Shown here: piece after piece, positions 30,649 to 42,300 of the stretch
How the letters are laid out: each line of letters begins with the position of its first letter
Numbering within the stretch: the first letter of the stretch is position 1
Translations under genes and position numbers: made by a program
Notes under the pieces: model-generated
Seen by the model: the letters and a program-made list of their open reading frames with translations, nothing else
Databases searched by the model: none
What the model was told of the DNA's origin: nothing
Assembly (NCBI GenBank): GCA_035444565.1
Contig: DAOMOX010000001.1
Span: forward strand, 322,335-386,334
Source: Candidatus Dojkabacteria bacterium
GTDB taxonomy: Bacteria; Patescibacteriota; Dojkabacteria; B142; OLB20
Length of the DNA stretch: 64,000 nucleotides
Direction: 5' to 3'

Positions 30649-30805
30649 ATTCAGTAAAAAATAGTTAGTGCAAATAGTTTCCTAACGAAGAGTGCAAGTC
30701 CGCATTAGGTCGTAAAAATATAATACAATTTCCGTAAACAAATCTCAACAGATAAATGCATTTTATGATAGAATGATAGCAGTTTGTAACTCATAATCTT
30801 CTTCT

Positions 30806-31912
30806 ATGGCTATTAATCAAAAAATCAAAAAAGACGTAAAAGCTCTCGTCGTCAAAGGAAAAGAGCAAGGATATCTCACCCAAGATGAGGTTTTGGATGC
30901 ATTCCCTGACGTCGAGGAAGATATGAACCTTTTGGAATACATTATCTCTACCCTCCAGGAGGAAGAAGTAGAAATAATTGAACCGTTAGCAGAACTTCCC
31001 GAAGAAATTGTAGCTATTGTTCCAAACGCAAAGGGAATGACTTTTGAACAGAAAATCAAAATACTGAAGAAGATTCGATCACATGTTACAACTGATCCCA
31101 TCAGAGCATATTTACACGAAATTGGAAGAATTCCTTTATTAAACGCAGAAGAAGAAGTTATCTTAGCCAAGAGAATCGAAAAAGGTGATCAAGAAGCAAA
31201 AGACTTATTAACAACTGCCAATCTTCGTTTAGTTGTGTCCATTGCGAAGAAATATGCAAAAAGAGGTTTGGACTTACTAGATTTAATCCAAGAAGGAAAT
31301 ATCGGACTTATAAGAGCAGTAGAGAAATTCGAATACAGAAAAGGTTTCAAATTCTCTACATATGCAACTTGGTGGATTAGACAGGCTATTACCAGAGCGA
31401 TTGCAGACCAAGCTCGTACTATCCGAGTTCCCGTTCATATGATTGAAACAATCAATAAATTAAGTAAAGTCTCCAGTCAGTTAGCTGCCAAACTTGGACG
31501 CAGGCCCACCATTAAAGAAATCGCCGACGAAATGGATATTGATGTTGCAAAGGTAAACGAAATCATCCGAATCGCACAAAGACCGGCTTCCCTTGAGTCA
31601 CCTATTGGAGAAGAGAAAGATTCTAAATTAGGAGACATTATTCCTGATGAGTTTTCTGCATCCCCTACTGAAATTGCTACTTGGGCATCATTAAAAAAAC
31701 AAATCAATGAAATCCTTAGCGGATTAACAGATAGAGAAAGAAAAGTATTAGAACTCAGATTTGGATTAAAGGATGGTGTTTCAAGAACTCTAGAAGAAGT
31801 CGGCCACGAATTCAAAGTTACTAGAGAGCGTATCAGACAAATAGAAGCTAAAGCCTTAAAAAGACTCAAAAGTGAAGAAATCGCACAAGCACTCAAAGAT
31901 TATCTCAGATAA
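30806..31912 (+). CDS. rpoD: Primary sigma factor
   Basis: [41 protein letters not shown]. Confidence 0.97.
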   Translation: MAINQKIKKDVKALVVKGKEQGYLTQDEVLDAFPDVEEDMNLLEYIISTLQEEEVEIIEPLAELPEEIVAIVPNAKGMTFEQKIKILKKIRSHVTTDPIRAYLHEIGRIPLLNAEEEVILAKRIEKGDQEAKDLLTTANLRLVVSIAKKYAKRGLDLLDLIQEGNIGLIRAVEKFEYRKGFKFSTYATWWIRQAITRAIADQARTIRVPVHMIETINKLSKVSSQLAAKLGRRPTIKEIADEMDIDVAKVNEIIRIAQRPASLESPIGEEKDSKLGDIIPDEFSASPTEIATWASLKKQINEILSGLTDRERKVLELRFGLKDGVSRTLEEVGHEFKVTRERIRQIEAKALKRLKSEEIAQALKDYLR

Positions 31913-32477
31913 TCCAGACACTGATGTTACACTTCTGAAAAACCAACTCCGGCAATCTTTGTTGGATATTCGCAGTGATATCCCTAATAAAGCGGACAAA
32001 TCCAAAAGCATCGTTAATACAATTCTTCAACTCCAAGAGTTAGTCTCCGCTAAAACAGTATTACTTTATTACCCAACTAAACAGGAGGTCGATATTTCTG
32101 CATTATTTCAGATACTACAAGAAAAAGGCAAAGTCATTTTTCTACCGAAAGTAAAAAATCATAAAATTGCAAAATTCTCTGCGGGGACTCCCCTCACAAA
32201 GAAAGATAAAGGAATCTATGAACCCGACATAAGAGTTAATAGAAACCCCGAAAAAGTTGATGTTGGCATAATTCCAGGACTTGGCTTTGATTCTCAAGGT
32301 AATAGAATCGGACATGGTGGTGGCTGGTATGACAGGATTTTTCATGAAATCAAATTTATATACATAATTGGTGTTTGTTTTGACTCCCAAATCATTTCTA
32401 AAGTCCCCACGGAGACACATGATAAATCTGTCGATGTGGTCATTACCGAAAAACGGATTATTAATACAAGATATTAG
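31872..32477 (+). CDS. 5-formyltetrahydrofolate cyclo-ligase
   Basis: [25 protein letters not shown]; start uncertain. Confidence 0.9.
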   Translation: MKKSHKHSKIISDNPDTDVTLLKNQLRQSLLDIRSDIPNKADKSKSIVNTILQLQELVSAKTVLLYYPTKQEVDISALFQILQEKGKVIFLPKVKNHKIAKFSAGTPLTKKDKGIYEPDIRVNRNPEKVDVGIIPGLGFDSQGNRIGHGGGWYDRIFHEIKFIYIIGVCFDSQIISKVPTETHDKSVDVVITEKRIINTRY

Positions 32478-32537
32478 TGCGTTTTACTTATTTTTTTCTC
32501 GAGAACTGGTTATAATAAAATATATTTGTACCCATAG

Positions 32538-33881
32538 ATGAGGAAATTATTTAACGCACTAGTGATTGTGATTTTATTATCGCAAACTGCACTGACTGCA
32601 CACGCACAGGAAATCGAACCTTCCGCCACACCTGTCCCACAAGAGATAATTAATAAAGTGGTTAAGACTACTCCTGCAGACATACTTGTCTCGGGAGTTA
32701 ATAAATCAAACCAGCTTTCAGGTGAAATTGTTGCAGATTTTACAGAAATTCCTCCTAGTGCAGAAGTTCTTGACATTGATTTGATCTTCAATCAGGTCGG
32801 GACAAGTGAAGGCATTATTAAATTATTAAATAAGAGATCCTTTAGCATAATCGATAGCATTTCCTTGGGGAGAGAAGGTATCAAAACAACAACCCGTGTG
32901 GACACAACTGTAAAAGAGTGGATAACTAATCCAGAGAAGAATTTCGGGCTTGTATTTCAGACTAGTGAATTAGGAACTGATAGTGAAGTCACTTTTAGTG
33001 ATATCACATTCAACGTTGAGTATTACCTTCCTGATAGAACCAACCCAGAAATTACAAAACTAGACATAAAAATCGTTGATGCATTTACTACTCAAATTCA
33101 ATGGGAAACCAACGAACCTGTAATTGTGAATGTCAAATACGGAAAGACATCGAATTATGAAAAGGATGTGGCTGGTGAAATAGAGTTTGCAGATTCTGGG
33201 GTGGTGAGATTAACAGATTTGAGTGAAAACATCACCTACCATATGAAATTCTACGCAAAAGACTCTAGCGGAAATACCGCAGAAACAGCGAACACAGTTT
33301 TTACAACAAACAAAGGGACAACTACAAATGCCATCACCGAGGATCAAGCTGTACTCGCACCCAGATTATTAAATTACGAAATAGTCCCAGAAAAAAGCCA
33401 TTACAATGTTGAACTAGCCTGGTCAAAAAGTGAATCTACCAACATCACGGGTTATGTACTATTTCGAAACACTGGAGACGGAGAATATTCAGAATACTCA
33501 CGATTTGATAGTGCCGTTACTAGGTATACTGACACCAAGGCAGAATCGAACACCACTTACAGTTATTATGTTATCGCATATTCTGGTACTGTCCAATCAA
33601 GTCGTTCTCCGGTTGTACAAGTTAAAATCCCTGAGGGTTCGAACGTCTTGGGAATTGATAGTATGTTTGAGAGAGGGAATTCGAATTTAGCAATCTTCTT
33701 TATCTTGTCTGGATTCGCAATATTATTAGGAGTTAGCTACTTTGTCTGGAAAAAAGTCCGCCTCAACATGGCTTATAATGAAAAACTCAACCGACACTCT
33801 AGACTACACAATGTACTACACGACCCTGATTATTATATTAATGGGTACGAAGATTCTGTTATCGAGAAAGTAAGTGACTGA
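32538..33881 (+). CDS. Surface protein with FN3-like domains and C-terminal TM
   Basis: Signal peptide; WETNEP..YG; ELAWS..GY..YTD..YSYYV; NVLG before the TM. Confidence 0.75.
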   Translation: MRKLFNALVIVILLSQTALTAHAQEIEPSATPVPQEIINKVVKTTPADILVSGVNKSNQLSGEIVADFTEIPPSAEVLDIDLIFNQVGTSEGIIKLLNKRSFSIIDSISLGREGIKTTTRVDTTVKEWITNPEKNFGLVFQTSELGTDSEVTFSDITFNVEYYLPDRTNPEITKLDIKIVDAFTTQIQWETNEPVIVNVKYGKTSNYEKDVAGEIEFADSGVVRLTDLSENITYHMKFYAKDSSGNTAETANTVFTTNKGTTTNAITEDQAVLAPRLLNYEIVPEKSHYNVELAWSKSESTNITGYVLFRNTGDGEYSEYSRFDSAVTRYTDTKAESNTTYSYYVIAYSGTVQSSRSPVVQVKIPEGSNVLGIDSMFERGNSNLAIFFILSGFAILLGVSYFVWKKVRLNMAYNEKLNRHSRLHNVLHDPDYYINGYEDSVIEKVSD

Positions 33882-33949
33882 CAAGCACGAACTTTGGGCT
33901 TTGATATACGCCCAATCTATGGTAAAATTCCTTTGTTGTTTAGAAAATT

Positions 33950-34132
33950 ATGAAAAGAACTTATCAACCAAGCAAAATCAAAAGAATCAGAAAGTTCGGA
34001 TTTCGAGCTAGAATGGCTACAAAAGGTGGTCAAAATGTCTTGAAAAGCCGCAGAGCCAAAGGGAGACACTCACTTACCGCTTCAAACGAAATTATTGCAG
34101 ACAAAACAAAACGTTTTTCACGCAGTAGATAA
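33950..34132 (+). CDS. rpmH: 50S ribosomal protein L34 with C-terminal extension
   Basis: [20 protein letters not shown]. Confidence 0.97.
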   Translation: MKRTYQPSKIKRIRKFGFRARMATKGGQNVLKSRRAKGRHSLTASNEIIADKTKRFSRSR

Positions 34133-34136
34133 TTAA

Positions 34137-34484
34137 ATGCTCAAGCAACTCCAAAGAGTCCGACTAGAATCTGACTACAAATATATCCTAAATCGTGGGA
34201 AAAAATCTTATTCTCAATTTTTCTTGTTGTCGAAAGCCTACCAAAGAGAGAATTCTCTTGTCTCGAGTAGATTTGGCTTTATCACGAGTAAGAAAGTCGG
34301 GAAAGCCCACATCAGAAATAAACTGAGGCGTCAGTTTCGGGAAGTAATCAGAGCAGAAATCGATAATATCAAACCAGGTTTCGATATAGTCATCGTCGTC
34401 TCACCAAAGGCAGTTGGTGCAACATTCTCGGAAATACAAAAAGAGCTGTTAAAACAGCTCCGTTTGAATGATTTGTTGGAATAA
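34137..34484 (+). CDS. rnpA: RNase P protein
   Basis: RFGFITSKKVGKAHIRNKLRR. Confidence 0.95.
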   Translation: MLKQLQRVRLESDYKYILNRGKKSYSQFFLLSKAYQRENSLVSSRFGFITSKKVGKAHIRNKLRRQFREVIRAEIDNIKPGFDIVIVVSPKAVGATFSEIQKELLKQLRLNDLLE

Positions 34485-34487
34485 TCC

Positions 34488-34958
34488 TTACCAAGTCAAA
34501 TGACCGAACGCTTTGTTTGCTTCTGCCATTTTATGTGTATCTTCTCTCTTCTTGTATGCATTACCCTGTCTATTAATCGCTGACAAGGATTCATTGTATA
34601 ATGCTTCTGCGATTGGTTTTGAGCCTCTGGTATCTCTGGCTGCACCAACCAACCATCTCAATGCAAGATCAACTTGTCTTTTCTCTGAAACTGGAACTGG
34701 AACTTGATAGTTTGCTCCTCCGACTCTTCTAGATCTAACCTCAACCTTTGGTTTTAAATTCTCCATAACTTTGTCAAAAGCGGCCTTTGGTTCTAATTTG
34801 GTCTCTTTAGAAAGTTTATCTAACATTTCATAGACGATTTTTCTAGAGACGTCTTTTTTGCCATCAACCATCACGTAGTTAATCAGTTTCCCGAAGACTT
34901 CACTTCCGTAAACAGCATCGGGGGCAATTTTTCTAACTCTTATACTTTTTCCTCTCAT
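34488..34958 (-). CDS. rpsG: 30S ribosomal protein S7
   Basis: RRVGGANYQVP, HKMAEANKAF. Confidence 0.98.
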   Translation of the reverse strand: MRGKSIRVRKIAPDAVYGSEVFGKLINYVMVDGKKDVSRKIVYEMLDKLSKETKLEPKAAFDKVMENLKPKVEVRSRRVGGANYQVPVPVSEKRQVDLALRWLVGAARDTRGSKPIAEALYNESLSAINRQGNAYKKREDTHKMAEANKAFGHLTW

Positions 34959-34975
34959 TTTATAAATTCAATAAA

Positions 34976-35419
34976 TTATTTAGGTTTTTTAGCACCATAT
35001 AATGACCTTGATGTTTTGCGTCCTTCTACACCAGCAGCATCATATCGACCACGAACTATCTGATATTTAACACCAGGTAAGTCAGGTCTTCTTCCAGCCC
35101 TTACAAGCACTACAGAGTGCTCCTGAAGGTTGTGTCCTTCTCCTGGGATGTAAGCTGTGATTTCCTGTTTATTAGAAAGTCTAACTCTAGCTACTTTACG
35201 CAAAGCAGAGTTAGGTTTCCTAGGTGTTCTAGTGAATACAGCAATACATACTCCCCTTCGAAGTGGATTTGATCGTTTTGTAAATTTGTTTTGTATGCTG
35301 TTGTAGTTGAACTGCAACTGCTTGTATTTAGTTGTTTCGCTGAAATTTAGACCCTTGTAGCGAACTATACCTCGCTTTTTTGATCTTCCTTTTCTAACTA
35401 ATTGTGATACTCTTGCCAT
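34976..35419 (-). CDS. rpsL: 30S ribosomal protein S12
   Basis: [25 protein letters not shown]. Confidence 0.98.
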   Translation of the reverse strand: MARVSQLVRKGRSKKRGIVRYKGLNFSETTKYKQLQFNYNSIQNKFTKRSNPLRRGVCIAVFTRTPRKPNSALRKVARVRLSNKQEITAYIPGEGHNLQEHSVVLVRAGRRPDLPGVKYQIVRGRYDAAGVEGRKTSRSLYGAKKPK

Positions 35420-35452
35420 AATTAAATTTGCTTTTTAAATTATTCAAAATTA

Positions 35453-38400
35453 TTAACGGACTTCGTCTCCTAATGGAACAGTCCTGCCGATTATAACATT
35501 TTCTTTCAATCCTCTCAAATAGTCGACCTTCCCAATCAAACCTGCTTCGCTTAATACCCTGACCTGTTGCTCGAATGAAGCAGCTGATAGGAAACTATCA
35601 GTTTTGATTGCAGCGAAGGTAATTCCGAGTAATTGTCGTTTACTTTTCACTGTTCTCTTTCCTTCGTTCTTCAACTGTTCGTTTAATTGTCTCAACTCGA
35701 TATGATCAGCATAGTCGCCTGGTAGATATTCAGAATCCCCTGCATCAGTCACTCTTGAGAATCTTGATACCTGTCTGACCACTACCTCAACATGCTTATC
35801 ATCAATACCAATACCTTGAATACCGTATGTTTCCTGTACATTATCGATAAGATATTGTTGAGCTTGTTTGATATCGTCAATCTTCATAATCTCTTTAGGA
35901 TCTTGTGATCCACTTGTAAGAGGTGTACCTTTAATGACATTATCTCCGTCTTCTATGTTTATGATTGCGTCTTCGTCTACTTCGTATTCGACTAAAAATT
36001 CTTTGTCGATGATGTAGATAATCTTATTACCATCTTTTGTGGCTTTACCTTCCATTTCTGCATTTACTTTTTCACCACCTTTTTTAACATAGATGACTTC
36101 ACCTTCTTTAAATTTCTTAGTTCTTTTCATCTCAGTAGTATCGCCTTCTTCCAATTCGTATACTTTTTGCATTTGCTTTCGGTTTGAAAGTCGGATTTTG
36201 TCTACTTTTTCAGTTTTATCCTTGAAAATGAATTCTACTTTTCCGTCAATCTCTGCCAAAACTGCTTTTCTCTTTGGAGTTCTAACCTCGAATAGCTCTT
36301 CTACTCTAGGAAGACCCTGAGTGATATCAGTTCCCGCTCTACCTGCAAGATGCTTGGTATTTAAAGTAAGCTGTGTTGCAGCCTCTCCCATGGATTGTGC
36401 TGCAATGATACCTACTGCGATACCTTTGTTAACTACTTTACGTGTACCAAGATCATATCCATAACATTTTTGACAGACTCCGTGCTTTGTTTCACAAGTC
36501 AATACTGATCGTACTTCAACTTGTTTCAGGTCAGTCTTAGCAATTAGTTCAGCCTTTTTCTGTGTAATTTCTTCATCTTTTTTAGCAATAATTTCTCCGG
36601 TTTTTGGATCTGCGATATTCTCACCAGCAAATCGACCAGTAATTCTCTCATCAAAACTCAATCTTCGAGTATTGTCTCTAACAATTGTAAAGCTGTTTTG
36701 AGTACCACAATCTTCTTCTTTTATAATCACATCTTGAGCAACGTCAACTAACCTTCTAGTCAAGTATCCTGATTCTGCAGTTCTAAGTGCAGTATCTGCA
36801 AGACCTTTTCTTGTTCCTCTAGCTGCCACAAAATATTCTAAGTTTGATAAACCTTGTTTGTAGTTAGATCTAAGTGGCAATTCGACGATATTACCTAGAG
36901 GATCAAGAATCAAACCTCTAATTCCAGAAATCTGTCGTAGTGGGTTTTGTACTGGAAGAGCTCCAGATTCTTGAAGAATCACCAAGTTGTTATTTGGATC
37001 TTCTGCATATTTTGCCCATGTAATCTCTGCTACCTTCTCTACCAAATCCATCCAGAGTTGTTCTGAAAGTCTTCTTTTCTCCTGGAGTGTCAAAAGACCA
37101 AGATTATAATCATTGTTTAATTGATTGTCTTTGTCTTCTACTTCATTTAGGAGCACGTCTTTTTGATCATCGATAACTAACTCATCTGTTCCAACTGAAA
37201 CGCCAGATTTGGTAGCGTATTTGAATCCTAATCCTTCGATTGAATCTAATACTTGAGTAGCTGTTTTTCTCCCGTATTTTTCTAATACTTTTGCAGAAAT
37301 CTTTGCTACGTCTTTTTTGTTTAATTGTTGATTAACATATCCATAACCTTCTGGAAGAATATCATTCAATAGTAATCTTCCAACGGTTGTTTCAACAATT
37401 TCGTTACCAATCAACACTTTAATTTTATCTCTTAGGTGAAGTTGGCCGTTTTCATATTTACCAACTGCTTCGTTTTCAGAAGCGAAATATTTCACTTCTT
37501 TGTTATCGTTTACACCTGTTAAGTAGTAAATCCCCAAAGCCATATCTTTCTCTACATTTACAACTGGCTGACCATCAGCACTAAGTAGTAAATTACTTTC
37601 GGCAAACATTTTGTCTATTGCTTCTTCTATTGCTTTCTTTGACAATGGAACATGAACTGCCATTTGATCTCCATCAAAGTCAGCATTGAATCCTTTACAT
37701 ACCATAGGGTGCAGTCTGATAGCATCACCTTCAGTAAGGACAGGGAAGAATGCTTGAATACCTTGTTTGTGGAGAGTAGGAGCTCTGTTCAATAGAACTG
37801 GTCTGTTTTGAATAACTCTTTCTAGAATATCCCAAACTTCAGTACTTTTTGATTCGAAGAAGTGCTTTGCACTCTTGATATTAGGTGCCAATCCATCAGC
37901 AATAATTTCTCTCAAAACGAATGGTTTGAATAATTCCAATGCCATTGTTTTTGGAAGTCCACATTGACTGATTTTTAAGTCTGGACCTGGAATGATTACC
38001 GATCTACCAGAATAATCCACACGTTTACCTAACAAGTTTTGTCTGAATCGACCTTGTTTACCTCTCAACATATCAGAGAGGGATTTGTAAGGTTGACCTC
38101 TTGAGTTTAATACAGCATTACCAGGTCGATGATCGTTATCTACCAAGGCATCAACTGATTCTTGAAGCATTCTTTTCTCATTTCTAAGAATGATTTCAGG
38201 TGCTCCTAAATCAATAAGTCTTTTCAACCTGTTATTTCTGTTTATAACTCTTCTGTACAAGTCATTCAAATCCGATGTAGCAAATCGTCCTCCTGGAAGT
38301 TGGATAATTGGTCTTAAATCTGGCGGGATTACAGGTAACATAGAAACAATCAACCATGTAGAGTCGATTCCCGCTCGATACATGCCCTCTATTACTCTCA

Positions 38401-39304
38401 ACCTCTGAATAATTTTTCTTTTCTTTAATGCTGATTTTGTAGTTTCTTTTTCTTCTTCAAGTTTTTTCAGCTCGTCTTCTAGATTAATTTTTTCTAATAC
38501 TTTCTTTACAGCCTCTGCACCCATTTCTACGGTCATGAAACTTGTGTCGAACCCATACAATTTAGCTAAATCGTCTTCTGAAAGTGTAGATTTTTCTTCT
38601 AAATCTTTAATCAAGCTTGTAATCTCACTGTACTTGTTCTTCGTAGATTCTTCCTTCTGAGAAAAAATTGACTTCATCTTTGCTTTTTCTTTTTTGAAGT
38701 CGTTATTAATTTTCTCTAATTTGAACTCTACTTTAGATTTATCTTTAGCTTCATCCTTTACTTCTTTTACTTTTGTATCATATTCCTTTTGCAATTCATC
38801 AAGTTTGTCTTCTAATTCCTTTTTGATGCTTAGTGTTTCTTCTTCTTTTGCTTTCTTAATCTCTTCTAGAACAGTTTTCTTAGCTTCATGATCAATTTCG
38901 GTAACCAAATATCTAGCAAAGTAAATAACTGTTTCTAATTTTTTCTGAGGAATACCCAATAAAAGAGACATTTTATTTGGAACTCCATGTGAATACCAAA
39001 CGTGAGTTACAGGGGAAGCAAGTTTAATATGGCCCATTCTCTCTCTTCGAACTCTCTTGTGTGTGACTTCAACTCCGCATTTGTCGCAAATAATGCCCTT
39101 GTATCGAATTTTCTTGTACTTTCCGCAATAACATTCAAAGTTTTTGGTTGGACCAAATATTTTCTCGTCCATCAAGCCATCAACTTCAGCCCTGTGTGTT
39201 CTGTAGTTAATTGTTTCGGCTTTTCGTACTTCTCCGTGAGACCAACTCATTATCTGCTGTGGTGAAGCTACTGTTATTTTGAGTGCTTTAAAATCTTTGA
39301 TCAT
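35453..39304 (-). CDS. rpoC: RNA polymerase beta' subunit
   Basis: NADFDGD, Zn-finger CYCGKYK, DITQGLPR. Confidence 0.99.
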   Translation of the reverse strand: MIKDFKALKITVASPQQIMSWSHGEVRKAETINYRTHRAEVDGLMDEKIFGPTKNFECYCGKYKKIRYKGIICDKCGVEVTHKRVRRERMGHIKLASPVTHVWYSHGVPNKMSLLLGIPQKKLETVIYFARYLVTEIDHEAKKTVLEEIKKAKEEETLSIKKELEDKLDELQKEYDTKVKEVKDEAKDKSKVEFKLEKINNDFKKEKAKMKSIFSQKEESTKNKYSEITSLIKDLEEKSTLSEDDLAKLYGFDTSFMTVEMGAEAVKKVLEKINLEDELKKLEEEKETTKSALKKRKIIQRLRVIEGMYRAGIDSTWLIVSMLPVIPPDLRPIIQLPGGRFATSDLNDLYRRVINRNNRLKRLIDLGAPEIILRNEKRMLQESVDALVDNDHRPGNAVLNSRGQPYKSLSDMLRGKQGRFRQNLLGKRVDYSGRSVIIPGPDLKISQCGLPKTMALELFKPFVLREIIADGLAPNIKSAKHFFESKSTEVWDILERVIQNRPVLLNRAPTLHKQGIQAFFPVLTEGDAIRLHPMVCKGFNADFDGDQMAVHVPLSKKAIEEAIDKMFAESNLLLSADGQPVVNVEKDMALGIYYLTGVNDNKEVKYFASENEAVGKYENGQLHLRDKIKVLIGNEIVETTVGRLLLNDILPEGYGYVNQQLNKKDVAKISAKVLEKYGRKTATQVLDSIEGLGFKYATKSGVSVGTDELVIDDQKDVLLNEVEDKDNQLNNDYNLGLLTLQEKRRLSEQLWMDLVEKVAEITWAKYAEDPNNNLVILQESGALPVQNPLRQISGIRGLILDPLGNIVELPLRSNYKQGLSNLEYFVAARGTRKGLADTALRTAESGYLTRRLVDVAQDVIIKEEDCGTQNSFTIVRDNTRRLSFDERITGRFAGENIADPKTGEIIAKKDEEITQKKAELIAKTDLKQVEVRSVLTCETKHGVCQKCYGYDLGTRKVVNKGIAVGIIAAQSMGEAATQLTLNTKHLAGRAGTDITQGLPRVEELFEVRTPKRKAVLAEIDGKVEFIFKDKTEKVDKIRLSNRKQMQKVYELEEGDTTEMKRTKKFKEGEVIYVKKGGEKVNAEMEGKATKDGNKIIYIIDKEFLVEYEVDEDAIINIEDGDNVIKGTPLTSGSQDPKEIMKIDDIKQAQQYLIDNVQETYGIQGIGIDDKHVEVVVRQVSRFSRVTDAGDSEYLPGDYADHIELRQLNEQLKNEGKRTVKSKRQLLGITFAAIKTDSFLSAASFEQQVRVLSEAGLIGKVDYLRGLKENVIIGRTVPLGDEVR

Positions 39305-39338
39305 TTTTCTAATTAAGATAACTAATTAAAATATTTAA

Positions 39339-42300
39339 TTACTCCTGCATAAGCTCTTCGGCTTCTTCATCAATCACCCCAGCAGCAACTGCTGAGTCGT
39401 CTACGTAGTCTTCTTTCAATTCTAACAACTCAGGATTTAATCCCAATGCTCGAAGTTCGTTTATGAATACCTTGAATGATTCAGGAATATTTGGTGCTTC
39501 AATTTCAGTACCTTGAATGATTGATTTGTATGCAGATGCTCTTCCAACAACATCGTCAGATTTGATAGTAAGCAACTCTTGTAAGTTGTGTACAGCTGCA
39601 TGTGCTTCTAGTGCCCACACTTCCATCTCTCCAAATCTCTGACCTCCAAACTGTGCTTTTCCACCAAGTGGCTGCTGTGTAACTAATGTATACGATCCTG
39701 TAGATCTGGCATGAATCTTATCAGATGAAAGATGGTTCAATTTCACAACATATCTAGAACCAATTAAAACTTTCTTATCAAATGGTTCTCCAGTCCTTCC
39801 ATCGTAAAGTGTTCTTTTTACATCAACGCTATCTTTTGGCATTAATTTCTCAAGAATATCCATGTCCAGCTGTGCGAATGGAGGAACTTCGACTTTTACT
39901 CCAGCTTGTTTTGCTTTTTGTGCAACTTCAAGCTCTTTCAATTGACCGATGTTCATTCTTTTTACAAACATAGGAGAGAGAACGATGTCTATTTTTGTTC
40001 CGTCCTTCAAGAATGGCATATCTTCGTCAGGCAAGATTCTGGATACAACACCTTTGTCTCCGTGTAACCCTGTAAGTTTGTCGCCAACAGAAATCTTTGA
40101 AGTTCTAGCAACCCAAACCTTTACTTGTTTAATAACGCCTGGGTTTAATTTATCACCTTTTATTTTGTCTAATAATTGCACACCGATAACAATACCTTCG
40201 TCTCCATGTGGAAGTCGAAGTGAGTTATCTCTTACATCACGTGCATACTCTCCGAAAATTGCTCTTAGTAATTTCTCTTCTGCTGTTAATTCTGTTTCTC
40301 CTTTTGGTGCAATAATACCCACCAAAATGTCCTGAGAACTGACAGATGCTCCAATTCGAACAATACCCTCATCATTAAGATTTCTAAGTGCGTGTTCGCC
40401 GACGTTAGGGATGTCTCTCGTTATTTGTTCGTCTCCAAGTTTTGTTTCTCTAATATCTTGAACGTATTCTTTGATGTGAATTGAGGTTAAAATATCTTCT
40501 CTTACCAATCTCTCTGAAATTACAATTCCGTCCTCGTAGTTATATCCATCAAAAACCATTACAGCGGCTGTTAAATTTCTTCCAAGTGCTAATTCACCGT
40601 CTGCCATGGAAGGTCCGTCTACGAGAACATCACCCTTTGAAATTTTTTGGCCTTTTACAACTCTAACTTGTTGAGAGAAACATGTGTTTTGGTTCGTTTT
40701 TATGAATTTGTCTATTAAATGTACTACTGGTTTTTTGTCACCATCATATTTAATTGTCAATTTACCAGCCTCGCTAGCAACTACAACTCCTGCTTTCTCT
40801 GCTTTTATCAACCTGCCTGATGATTCTGCAACTACTTTCTCATAACCAGTTCCGACAATAGGAGTTTCTGGCTCTAGCAGAGGAACAGCTTGTCGTTGCA
40901 TGTTTGATGCCATAAGGGACCTTGTAGGGTCATCGTTCTGAGCAAAAGGCACCAAAGAGAAACCTAATCCAGCAATTTGTCCTGGATTAATATCTACAAA
41001 ATCAAGTTGTTCTGTAGGAATATTTACATAAGAACCATCATATCTAGCATACGTATTACCTGATCGAAGTCTTCCTTTCTCATCTTTTTCCAAGTCAGCT
41101 CGACCAATACGATATTCTTTTTCACCATCTGCATCAAGATAAACTACTTCGTTCGTGACTACAGGTTCGACTTTTAGTGTATCAACACCCAGATCCTTAA
41201 GTTTTGCAATATCTTCTTTTGTTAATGCTTTCCCTTTTTTGAGTACCACCTTTTCTTTTGAATCCTTGACATCCTCTCTTAGCACATGCCCTATTAGACT
41301 TCTTGTATCAATTCTGGATGGAGATACATTGCTCAATACTCTGAAGTAAGGTGCCTCTAAGAAACCAAACTCGTTCACCCTGGCATATTTTGCCATATGT
41401 GAAACGATACCGATGGAAGGACCTTCTGGAGTCGTCACTGGACATAGTTTTGAGTAATGTGAGCTATGTACGTCACGAACAGAGAAAGATGCTCTTTCTT
41501 TTGTTAATCCCCTAGGACCTCCGGCTGTAATTCTTCTCTTTGTTTCTAGCTCTGATAGGATATTCTCCTGATCCATGTATCTAGAAACTGCACTACTTCC
41601 GAAAAATTCATTTAATGATGATGAAATTGGTTTAGTGTTTACCAACAACGAAGGAGTTACTAGGTCCTCTGCTCCATAAGTACTCATACGATCTCGTGTA
41701 TTTTTCTCAACTCGTAATACTCCGATTCTCAATCGGTCTCCAATCAACTCTCCCACACCTCGAATTCTTCTATTTGCTAGCGAGTCAATATCGTCGATTT
41801 GTCTCTCGCCATTATTTAGCTGGATTAATGAGCGAACAACATGCACCAAATCCTCTTTATTTAGAAGATAATCTTCTTCTGTGATTGATGTATTTACTCC
41901 AAGTTTCTTGTTTAATTGGTATCTACCTGTTTTCCCAAGATAAAATCTCCTCTTGTTAAAGAAAATGTTATCAAGAAATACTTTTGCATTATCAATATTT
42001 AGTGAATCCTCAGGTCTTAATTTCCTGTAAATCTCTAATAAAGCTTCTTCTGTGTTTGTTGTGGTGTCTCTCCTCAATGTGTTTTCCAGCAATCTCAAAT
42101 CTCCAATACCTGACATTGCGTTTTTCAAATCTCTGTCAGTTGAGTAACCGAGCGCACGAAGCAATGTTGTAAGTAACACTCTTGGTCTTTTATCTAATAA
42201 CTTGATGGACATAACTCCATACTTGTTTACTTCAAAATCAAACCATCTTCCCCTTAGTGGCATAAGTTTTACAGCAAATAGAGGGGATTTTGATGTTGAA

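Noticed and set aside
30660-30720. Short cctaa/ttagg stem upstream of the sortase; possible 6S RNA near the cyclo-ligase gene
   Set aside because: Too short and weak; no 6S-like long bulged hairpin is visible
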